Shown: piece after piece, positions 20,585-28,802 of the stretch
How positions within the stretch are numbered: position 1 is the stretch's first letter
Layout of the letters: the number at the start of each line of letters is the position of its first letter
NCBI GenBank assembly: GCA_048938105.1
Contig: JBHLMN010000006.1
Coordinates: forward strand, 96,001-160,000
DNA from: Promethearchaeota archaeon
GTDB taxonomy: Archaea > Asgardarchaeota > Heimdallarchaeia > Hodarchaeales > Hodarchaeaceae
Direction of reading: 5' to 3'
DNA: 64,000 nucleotides
Made by a program: the position numbers and the translations under genes
The notes under the pieces: model-generated
Told to the model about the DNA's origin: nothing
What the model saw: only the letters and a program-made list of their open reading frames with translations
Database searches by the model: none

Positions 20585-22390
20585 TTACTTTGATAATATT
20601 GATCTTCGCTTATATAGCACAGCCATTGTCCCTATGATTGCTAAGACTGGAAACATCTCGAACCCAATCGTACCGTTCGTAGTTGAGAACGTTGTTGTAG
20701 TCTTTTGTGTTGTTGATGTCGTAGAGGATTTATCTGGAACCCAATCTGGAAGGTTGATTATGCTTAAGAATACGTCATATCTACCTTTACATTCCTTCTG
20801 ATAAGCGTTTTCTGTGACGGGGAAATCATATGAAAAAGTGCAACCTGTGATACATAGATTGCCTGCACTATTGAGTACAGATCCGTATGACCCTATCTCA
20901 ATATAATTTCCTCCTATAAAGGTCGATGCTTGGAGAGCGGAGCCGTCTGCAGCTAATTTTACAGCATAGATGTCGAAATATTCAGTATCAATGACTGCTG
21001 ACTCATTAGGTACAAGAGGAAAATCACTAGATCTCGTCATCCCTGTGATATATAATCTGTTTCCACTATCTAATATACAAGCTCCACTCATTTCATCATC
21101 ACTTCCACCAATGAAGGTTGAATAGAGAAGGGTGGAGCCATCTGCAGCTAATTTTGTGACGAAAGAATCGCCACCTCTTTGATCAAAATAAAAATGAGAA
21201 TCTTGAACCCAACCATTACCTCCATTAAATGTTTGATCATAAGCATTGGTCGTTGTTGGAAAATCACTAGATTTTGTTTCACCGTAAAGATATAGGTTAT
21301 CTGAGCTATCTAGTGTAAGAGATTCAATATGATCATATTTACTTCCACCAATGAAGGTTGAATATACTAGAGAGGTTCCATTGGCTGATATTTTTGTAAT
21401 GAAACCATCAGAACTACCACCATAAGTTGTATTATATGCTGTACTCGTCGTTGGAAAATCATCTGACCACGTTTCACCTGTAATGTATATATTCTCAGAG
21501 CTGTCTAGAGTAATCCCCCGTGAAAGTTCATCACCACTTCCGCCAATAAAGGTGGAATAGAGAAGCTTTGACCCATTGGTTGAGATTTTACTAACATAAG
21601 CATCACCAAAGAAGCGATATAATCCCCAAGGATACAAATAAACCTCATTACTATACCCCCCATATGTTGAGTCAAATGCAGTTGGTGTTGTTGGAAAATT
21701 AGCTGAGTGAGTCGAACCTGTTATATAAACATTATTTGATCTATCTAAGACAATATCATCTACATAATCATTGTCGGTTCCACCAATGAAGGTCGAATAG
21801 AGTAGTTCTGAGCCATCTGCAGATAATTTGGCCACAAAAGCGTCAGTTGTCCCGTTGTGTGTTGAATCATAAGCATGTTTTATTGGGAAATTTTTGGAAT
21901 GTGTTACACCACAAATATATACATTATTTGAACTATCTAATGCAATGCTTTGAGCGTAATCGTGGTTACTTCCACCTAAAAAGGTTGAATATAAAAGCTG
22001 TGAGCCATCAGCTGAGAATTTAACAATAAATACGTCATAACCACCATTATGAGTGGGATCATAAGCATCCGTTGTATTTGGGAACAGTGGGGACATTGTG
22101 CCTCCACAGATGTATATATTGCCTGAACTATCTAAAGCCATATCACCTAATCCCTCCCAGTCACCACCACCGATATAGGTTGATGCAGTTAACTTTTGTG
22201 GATCGATCGTAATAGATTGTAAAGGATCATCCGCTATTAATAGTACTGGTTCTCCCTTGGTGTCTTCAATCAGCTGTATCGATTTGTCATGGTTTATAGG
22301 ATTTATTGCAGAATATATGAAAAGGATCGATAGCGAAAAGAAGCTTATTAAGAATATTACTTTCTTTTGTTTAATTAATTCTTTATTCAT
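20585..22390 (-). CDS. Secreted SBBP beta-propeller repeat protein with Ser/Thr linker and C-terminal sorting/TM anchor
   Basis: Repeats of YSTFIGGS.D....IALDSSNNVYITG.T.S.DFP; N-terminal signal; TTSTTQKTTTT linker; IGFEMFPVLAIIGTMAVLYKRR tail. Confidence 0.85.
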   Translation of the reverse strand: MNKELIKQKKVIFLISFFSLSILFIYSAINPINHDKSIQLIEDTKGEPVLLIADDPLQSITIDPQKLTASTYIGGGDWEGLGDMALDSSGNIYICGGTMSPLFPNTTDAYDPTHNGGYDVFIVKFSADGSQLLYSTFLGGSNHDYAQSIALDSSNNVYICGVTHSKNFPIKHAYDSTHNGTTDAFVAKLSADGSELLYSTFIGGTDNDYVDDIVLDRSNNVYITGSTHSANFPTTPTAFDSTYGGYSNEVYLYPWGLYRFFGDAYVSKISTNGSKLLYSTFIGGSGDELSRGITLDSSENIYITGETWSDDFPTTSTAYNTTYGGSSDGFITKISANGTSLVYSTFIGGSKYDHIESLTLDSSDNLYLYGETKSSDFPTTTNAYDQTFNGGNGWVQDSHFYFDQRGGDSFVTKLAADGSTLLYSTFIGGSDDEMSGACILDSGNRLYITGMTRSSDFPLVPNESAVIDTEYFDIYAVKLAADGSALQASTFIGGNYIEIGSYGSVLNSAGNLCITGCTFSYDFPVTENAYQKECKGRYDVFLSIINLPDWVPDKSSTTSTTQKTTTTFSTTNGTIGFEMFPVLAIIGTMAVLYKRRSILSK

Positions 22391-22495
22391 CTTTCTTGCA
22401 ACTCCTCCTTATTGAGTCTTGAAGTATTTTCAGTTTTTTTCTCATAATTTCTCACATTTCATATCTTTTTTATATAACAAAATAAATAAATCTCC

Positions 22496-22519
22496 TATTA
22501 TATAAATATTTCCATAATA
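22496..22519 (-). promoter_or_regulatory. BRE-TATA-like promoter of the SBBP gene
   Basis: Minus strand reads TATTATGGAAATATTTATATAATA; near-identical motifs at about 53816-53839 and 59998-60020. Confidence 0.5.
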
Positions 22520-22728
22520 AATTATAATATGCAAGTTTATATTACGGTTTATATTTGTATATATAATCCATATTCAAGTATAATTCAATAAATAAAGGAT
22601 CTAAAAATTAATTTATGGATCTTACCTTTATTTTTAACTAAATATTAAATTAAAAAAATAATAATGAAAATATTATAATCATAGGGGAAGAATCAGTCAT
22701 TGTTAATTGAGAAAACATATCTTACATG

Positions 22729-22766
22729 ACATCAAGCTATCATTTGATGTTGCAATAAATTTATAA
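22729..22766 (+). promoter_or_regulatory. Inverted-repeat operator plus TATA box upstream of TrmB-like/GTPase operon 1
   Basis: ACATCAA-N8-TTGATGT (22729-22750) followed by AATAAATTTATAA (22754-22766); the same 13-mer occurs at 57869-57881 upstream of the paralog. Confidence 0.55.
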
Positions 22767-22836
22767 CGAGTATTTATATGTTAATATTCAAACTCTTCAA
22801 CAGATCAACAACCTTATTTTTTTGGCTGATTTTACT

Positions 22837-24006
22837 ATGGCTGGATTGTCAAACGATATCAAAGATACTATTAAGTTTGAATCACTTTTGATGGATATTT
22901 TAAGACCAAACATCAACGAACAGCATGCTCGTATCCTCGCTATGATGTTCAAACTCGGTGGGTATACTACTCTGAATGTCTTGACAAAAAAGCTTACTAT
23001 GGCGCAACCTACTGTGAGTAACAGAGTAGCTGAATTAGTTGAATTGGGTGGTTTTCTAAGAAAGAACTCTGAACTCATGCCCATTGCCCTGGTCCTCCTT
23101 CTTACAGTTGACGAATTAGAATTACTCTTAAGGAACAAAATTATCGCTTACCGAGAGGCATGTCAATTTTTGGTGCAATTGTCAGATATCTCTGACAGTG
23201 AATTGGGAAAATACACATTTATTCAAGCCATTGATAAGTTATATCCTAAATCAACAAGCTATCAATCATATTTAGTACAGCTCATAGCTAATACTTATCT
23301 CCACAGCCCTGTTTCAAGAAATAGATTATTTCAGCAAGTTCGATCTAATTTAGGAGAATCCAAGAAATTAGAAAAAGAATTAAGTTCAATAATTGCTTCT
23401 CATGACGATATTTTTCATATTATTCATCAGAAACAGCAGATAAAGGAAATGTTTGTCCAACCAAAACTCCCTTTAAGGATTTTCGCGCAAAATCGTTTGA
23501 ACTATCTTGAATCCCTATTCTCATATTACCAAGAACTCCTCATAGAGTTATCAGATTTAATGTCAAGTGATTATGATTCAATTACCCCTCATAAATCTCT
23601 CCATTATCCCTCAGAAATCAAACGTAGATTAAATAGATGTCTAAACCATTATTCCACGATTCGTGTTATTGATAATTCGGTCTATCAGGAAAGAGATGAC
23701 ACGAATGGAATATTAGAGCTTTTGTTTGAGAGTAAGAATTTTACACAAGATCATAAAGTTATGATATTAACTAAAAAAAGGGTATTGGTTCCAGATAACA
23801 TTAATTCATCCCAAATTACTGTTCGACCTTTATCTAAGCAGATCAGTAGAGATTATATAACAAGAGATTTCATAATCTTCGAGAAGCATGGATGTTTAGT
23901 ATGTCCATCTGCTTCCAGTGATCCCTATTATAACATATCTCCCCACTTCATTTCAGAGATTTTGAATACTTTTCATTCGATTTGGAGAAAAAAACATGTT
24001 GATTGA
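22837..24006 (+). CDS. TrmB-like transcription regulator: wHTH, second degenerate wHTH, and PLD-like effector domain (copy 1)
   Basis: ARILAMMFKLGGYTTLNVLTKKLTMAQPTVSNRVAELVELG HTH; C-terminal KVMILT...RDFIIFE...NTFHSIW. Start moved from TTG 22822 to ATG 22837 by alignment with the paralog (MAGL vs MVGL). Confidence 0.7.
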   Translation: MAGLSNDIKDTIKFESLLMDILRPNINEQHARILAMMFKLGGYTTLNVLTKKLTMAQPTVSNRVAELVELGGFLRKNSELMPIALVLLLTVDELELLLRNKIIAYREACQFLVQLSDISDSELGKYTFIQAIDKLYPKSTSYQSYLVQLIANTYLHSPVSRNRLFQQVRSNLGESKKLEKELSSIIASHDDIFHIIHQKQQIKEMFVQPKLPLRIFAQNRLNYLESLFSYYQELLIELSDLMSSDYDSITPHKSLHYPSEIKRRLNRCLNHYSTIRVIDNSVYQERDDTNGILELLFESKNFTQDHKVMILTKKRVLVPDNINSSQITVRPLSKQISRDYITRDFIIFEKHGCLVCPSASSDPYYNISPHFISEILNTFHSIWRKKHVD

Positions 24007-24475
24007 CTTTTTAAGGCTGATTAAAGGATTTATTTTAGTTATAGGCCCTAAAGAAGCAGGTAAAACTAGCATTTTGAGAAGGCTTGTAACAGGAACATTT
24101 GAAGAACACAAACCAACTCTGGGTTTTCACGAAGAGAAAATAGCTAGAATGAGAATAATTGAGATCGGAGGACATCAAAATTTTAAGGATTACTGGAAGA
24201 TTGCTCTGGAACAGTCTCCAGTGCATATTTTTTATGTTATCGACATAACAAAAAAGTCTGAATTTACCGATTATCGACAATTCTTAGATGATTTCAATCA
24301 TTCATATCCCCAGCTTACTGAAAAGACAACATTAATAGCTAATAAAATTGATCTAACAATTAAGATTCCCGAACACTTTAAAGAGATTAAGTCTATTATT
24401 CTATCCAGTGCAAAAAATGGGGAAGGGATGTTTGATATATTAGAAACTATTGCAAAATATAAAGATAGCGTTTAG
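23996..24475 (+). CDS. Arf/Arl-like small GTPase (copy 1)
   Basis: G1 GPKEAGKTS, G2 PTLGF, G3 EIGGH, G4 NKID, G5 SSAKNG; overlaps the upstream regulator by 11 nt. Confidence 0.88.
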   Translation: MLIDFLRLIKGFILVIGPKEAGKTSILRRLVTGTFEEHKPTLGFHEEKIARMRIIEIGGHQNFKDYWKIALEQSPVHIFYVIDITKKSEFTDYRQFLDDFNHSYPQLTEKTTLIANKIDLTIKIPEHFKEIKSIILSSAKNGEGMFDILETIAKYKDSV

Positions 24476-24540
24476 ACGACTTTATAGCTTCAACGTGTTA
24501 ATAGAATTTAAGTATCTTTGTAAAGGACATGCAAGATCAA

Positions 24541-26895
24541 TCATTTTATGAGAATTTGGTATAATTCGTCCTCGATTCGCTTAATCCAATCTAAGCTAAT
24601 CTCTGAAATATCTGATAGAATATTTGATTTGAGGAACTGTGTGATTTCGTCTCTTTTTGATAAAATAATTTTGTCGAACTGTTTTTGATAAAAAATTATC
24701 AAAATTGCAGGAACAACTCCTCCCAATTTAAGTATTCTCGGATCCTTAACCATATTATCCCTCACATTAAAGCTAAAAGAGAGGAAATGCCATTCTATAT
24801 CGGTAGGTTCAACAATGGAAGTGTGAGGAAAAGGACCATATATATTTTCGATTTCTCCATGCTGATATAGTACTGCACTATACTCTATCATTGAACGAAG
24901 CTCGTGATCATCAAAGGAGCAATTCCCACCTTTTCCTTGAATAGATAGTCCTTCGTCAGTGAGTGATCCTATACAAACAGCAATAGATAAGTTCTCTAGA
25001 TCTCTTGGAAGAACGGCCGCTTTTTTCTTCCACATAATGAACCCTATGGCTATACTCGCCATAATTATTAACAACATAAGGAAAACTAGATATAATGAGG
25101 ATTTTGGAGAGTTCGAAATGGCAAATTCACCAGAAAAAGCTGTTGATGATAGATCTCCTGAACATGTTGCCACAACTTTGATCATATAAGTTGAATTGTC
25201 TTCAAAAAGAGTCGTATCCCATGTATAATTGGTGGTTGTAAGTCCTGAAACTAGTAAAGTCCATTCATTTCCACCGTCCGTAGAATAATACACAGAATAG
25301 CTGATTAGATGGTTCCGCCAAGAATCATTGACTACAGTCCATTCAATGATGATCATTTCAGAGATGGTTTCACCAGTAATCGGAGACGTAATGTTAAGGG
25401 GAGATAGTTGATGAGGTGGAGAGCGAGATGATAAGGGATATGGATCATATGTATTAGTAATCACTCCAAAAATAGGGTATTTATCATCTACAATACCATC
25501 ATTATTAATATCTGGATCTGTCCACTCACTCCAATAGTTGTATGAAAAATTATTGTTTTCTCCAGAGTCAAGTGCCTGAGAGGATACACCTATATTGTTT
25601 CCAATAAAATCATTCCATTCAAATAGGTTATTGGAAGCTTGTGATGATAAATAAATCCCAAAGTTGGTGTTATTTGAGAAGACATTTCCATAAAGGCTGT
25701 TATTCGAGGAGTACTCAATGTAAATACCGTAACTGTTATTGTTGACAGTATTAGCAGAAAGAATACAACTCTCCGATTTATAAAGTTCAATACCATATCC
25801 AGAATTGTTAGAGGCGATATTATTAGATAGAATATTGCTTCTAGAGTTCCGAATAATAATTCCTACATTCTTATTGTTATCAACAGTGTTGGTTGAAAGA
25901 AAACAACTCTCAGATTCAAAAAGTACAATACCATGTCTAAAATTACGAGAAATAACATTACTGGAAATATTGCAATTTTGAGATCTGCTGTTATTGATTC
26001 CAGACATACCATTTTTGTGAATGAGATTACTGAAGAGAGAGGTACTATCAGAATTTTGGATATTAATTCCATTAAAATGGTTGTTAAAGAGGTTATTATC
26101 TGAAAGCGTGCAATTACGAGAGTTCCAAAGGGAGATGCCATCTTCCATATTATTAAATATCAAATTATCTCTTAGACTGTTCGATTCAGATTCATCAAAA
26201 AAAATTCCTATCTGTACGGAATCTGAAACCAGATTTTTTGAAAGAACATTATTGCCTGAATCATAAAGATTAATTCCATTTTTTTCGTTGTTGCCTATTG
26301 TATTGTTAGAAAGTGTATTGTTTTTCGAACGAATGAAAAAGATCCCATCCCAATTGTTCCTAGACATGTTATTTCTTGAAATTATGTTATTGTTAGAGTC
26401 TACTAGTTGAACCCCTCCCAAGGAGTTTTTGGTGATTGTATTTCTGTCAATGATAATACTCTCTGAAAATTCAATAGAAATCCCTTTTGCATTATTCTCA
26501 ATTATGGTGTTATAAGTAATAAGCCCATTGATGACATTAGTAAGAGAAATTCCTTTTTTTCCCCCATATAAAAAACAGGCATTTATATGAAAATGCACAT
26601 TAGTGTTCCTAATTTCGATTAGGTTTTTATCTGATGGTCCTGTGATATTATATCCAGTAATTTCATAAGGAAATGTCAAGCTTCCATCACCTACCCAGTT
26701 TTCCTTCGTTGCAGTAGCACTAAAGTTTGAATTACCATTGATGTAAATAGGGCTCTGCTCTTCATATTTTATAGAATGGTTAAAAAGAGTAGAGTCAGAG
26801 CCAAGATGATAATTGTGAGTAAGATTTAATGAAACGTTAATTGAGAGAAATAGAAAAAATATAACGAAATGAAAAGAGTTCTGGGAGAACTTCAT
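24541..26895 (-). CDS. Single-pass receptor-like protein: signal peptide, NosD beta-helix, Ig-like domain, TM and conserved cytoplasmic longin/uDENN-like domain
   Basis: PbH1 repeats; YSTDGGNEW Ig-like domain; TM LYLVFLMLLIIMASIAIGFIMW-KKK; cytoplasmic CIGSLTDEGL...EYSAVLYQHG...YGPFP. Confidence 0.8.
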   Translation of the reverse strand: MKFSQNSFHFVIFFLFLSINVSLNLTHNYHLGSDSTLFNHSIKYEEQSPIYINGNSNFSATATKENWVGDGSLTFPYEITGYNITGPSDKNLIEIRNTNVHFHINACFLYGGKKGISLTNVINGLITYNTIIENNAKGISIEFSESIIIDRNTITKNSLGGVQLVDSNNNIISRNNMSRNNWDGIFFIRSKNNTLSNNTIGNNEKNGINLYDSGNNVLSKNLVSDSVQIGIFFDESESNSLRDNLIFNNMEDGISLWNSRNCTLSDNNLFNNHFNGINIQNSDSTSLFSNLIHKNGMSGINNSRSQNCNISSNVISRNFRHGIVLFESESCFLSTNTVDNNKNVGIIIRNSRSNILSNNIASNNSGYGIELYKSESCILSANTVNNNSYGIYIEYSSNNSLYGNVFSNNTNFGIYLSSQASNNLFEWNDFIGNNIGVSSQALDSGENNNFSYNYWSEWTDPDINNDGIVDDKYPIFGVITNTYDPYPLSSRSPPHQLSPLNITSPITGETISEMIIIEWTVVNDSWRNHLISYSVYYSTDGGNEWTLLVSGLTTTNYTWDTTLFEDNSTYMIKVVATCSGDLSSTAFSGEFAISNSPKSSLYLVFLMLLIIMASIAIGFIMWKKKAAVLPRDLENLSIAVCIGSLTDEGLSIQGKGGNCSFDDHELRSMIEYSAVLYQHGEIENIYGPFPHTSIVEPTDIEWHFLSFSFNVRDNMVKDPRILKLGGVVPAILIIFYQKQFDKIILSKRDEITQFLKSNILSDISEISLDWIKRIEDELYQILIK

Positions 26896-27012
26896 TTACC
26901 TTGTTTCCCTCAATGACCTTTGGTTCAACTTTTTTTTTGGATCCTTCCAACACTTGGAACGAGAATTCGGTTATTCCTCACGAAAAGATGAGGGAGTATT
27001 TTAAAGTTGTCT

Positions 27013-28623
27013 CTAAGAAACAAGTGGTGCTCTATACAATCCCAAGAGATGGCGAGTACTACTATGAATTTCAACTTCTTCAACGTGAATTACTCCACTT
27101 TCATATATTGATATTACATTGAATGTATTCATCCTCTTTGAACGAATTTTCTTACTTGAAAAAGTTCCAGCATTCACAAAAACCGTATCTTCAATTTGCA
27201 TTGTTGTAGCGTAATGATCAAGCCCTGATAACACGAGGGGAACTTTATGACCAGTAACAAAATCAATTACATCACCAGCATCAGTGACAGCCCGTTTGAA
27301 ACGAGCACGAGGGATTGGTAAGGCACTATGGTGCATCACAACGAAAAAGAATTTGTATGATCCAAAAGTCTCGAACTCATGTTGAATCATCCTTAACCGA
27401 CTACGGCCAACATGACCTGCAGGATCTGGACCAGTATTAATACCAAGAACACGGAGGGATGGATCTTCAAAAACAGGATCTAAAGGCCCGACTTGTTGAA
27501 CCCATAACTCCCGACCAAAGGGTTGTAGATCTCTTGAGCCAGGTACAATTAAATACGGAATATCATACCCACGAAGCTCTCGTAATTTGATTTTTGCGAT
27601 AGCAAAATCCTCTGGATAAGCATCATTTGTTAAATCTCCGCAATGAATAAGCATATTCGGATTCTCCCGAAGCATCATTTTAATCCCGAGATCATAAACT
27701 TCAGCAAGAAAATGACTACCTGGACTGAAGTGTGTATCGGAAAATTGACAAATTTTGCTTAAGAGTTTATCCCCCGGCACAAGATAGCCAGCTTGTGGTT
27801 TAAGCTCTCCTTTTAAAATTGAAGTTGTTTCTTTGACTGGTTGTTGAAATTTAGAATAAGATTCGATTCCATAAAAGTTGATATTCAATTCTTCATCAGC
27901 TAGTGTGAGTTCTACAAAAGTGTGCCCTGCTTTCCCACGAGTCTTGAAACTACTGAAAGTACCGCAATTCACAAGCAAACAACGTCTTATTCCGTTTGAG
28001 AGGGAGAATATATTTGGGTAGTGACGGTGAGCAGTAATTATCACATCAATTCCCGCCCTCCAGATGACTTGCATGACATCACCTGCGTCTAAGATCATCG
28101 ATCTTTCCCTTCCAGTGTTTGGAATTGGTAATAGGTGATGATGGAAACAAAGAACCTTTACAATGTCATCGCTATAGCTATGAAGTTCATTAATAGCTTC
28201 AAGACCCCGATCACCAATTCTACCAATATTTTCATCGGGTTCAGAACTATCAATGCCAAGGATAATCATATTACCCCCATCTTTCGTTGTGTCAATTAAA
28301 AATTGGCGTTCACCAAAGAAATCTTTCCATAACTTGTCTCCAATGTTTCTCATATCATGATTCCCAGTCAATGTGTAGAAGTTTTCAACCTGGGAAAAAT
28401 GTCTATCAAGAAGTTTTTTGGCATACACAAAGTCCTCATAGGTGCCTGAATCAGTAATATCTCCGAGATGGAGAAGATAAGCATTCGGGTTTTCCTTTAA
28501 AAGACCCTGAATTAGTTTAATCCCTGTTTTAAAAGCTTTCTTATTAAAAAAGCCAGTAAATTTTGAAATATGACTATCAGAAAAAATGATTACTTCTTCT
28601 TTTTGAGAAGAATCCATTGTCAC
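27013..28623 (-). CDS. Tandem calcineurin-like metallophosphoesterase (Icc/CpdA-like)
   Basis: Domain 1: SDSH, GDITD, GNHD, HHH, AHRH. Domain 2: SDTH, GDLTN, GSRD, HHS, GLDH. Confidence 0.85.
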   Translation of the reverse strand: MTMDSSQKEEVIIFSDSHISKFTGFFNKKAFKTGIKLIQGLLKENPNAYLLHLGDITDSGTYEDFVYAKKLLDRHFSQVENFYTLTGNHDMRNIGDKLWKDFFGERQFLIDTTKDGGNMIILGIDSSEPDENIGRIGDRGLEAINELHSYSDDIVKVLCFHHHLLPIPNTGRERSMILDAGDVMQVIWRAGIDVIITAHRHYPNIFSLSNGIRRCLLVNCGTFSSFKTRGKAGHTFVELTLADEELNINFYGIESYSKFQQPVKETTSILKGELKPQAGYLVPGDKLLSKICQFSDTHFSPGSHFLAEVYDLGIKMMLRENPNMLIHCGDLTNDAYPEDFAIAKIKLRELRGYDIPYLIVPGSRDLQPFGRELWVQQVGPLDPVFEDPSLRVLGINTGPDPAGHVGRSRLRMIQHEFETFGSYKFFFVVMHHSALPIPRARFKRAVTDAGDVIDFVTGHKVPLVLSGLDHYATTMQIEDTVFVNAGTFSSKKIRSKRMNTFNVISIYESGVIHVEEVEIHSSTRHLLGLYRAPLVS

Positions 28624-28802
28624 GATATTTTCACCTGAGATATTTATAGAAGTTAGAGAGGATAAAAACTCTACTTTTTATCCAATCCAAACTTAATAAT
28701 TACAAATTTTCTAAAGTTTCCGAACATGATAGTGTGCACCTTAAACTTTTCTTTTTTGTTAGAATAAAATTATGAAGTGGATGAAAAAGTGAGTCTACAC
28801 TC

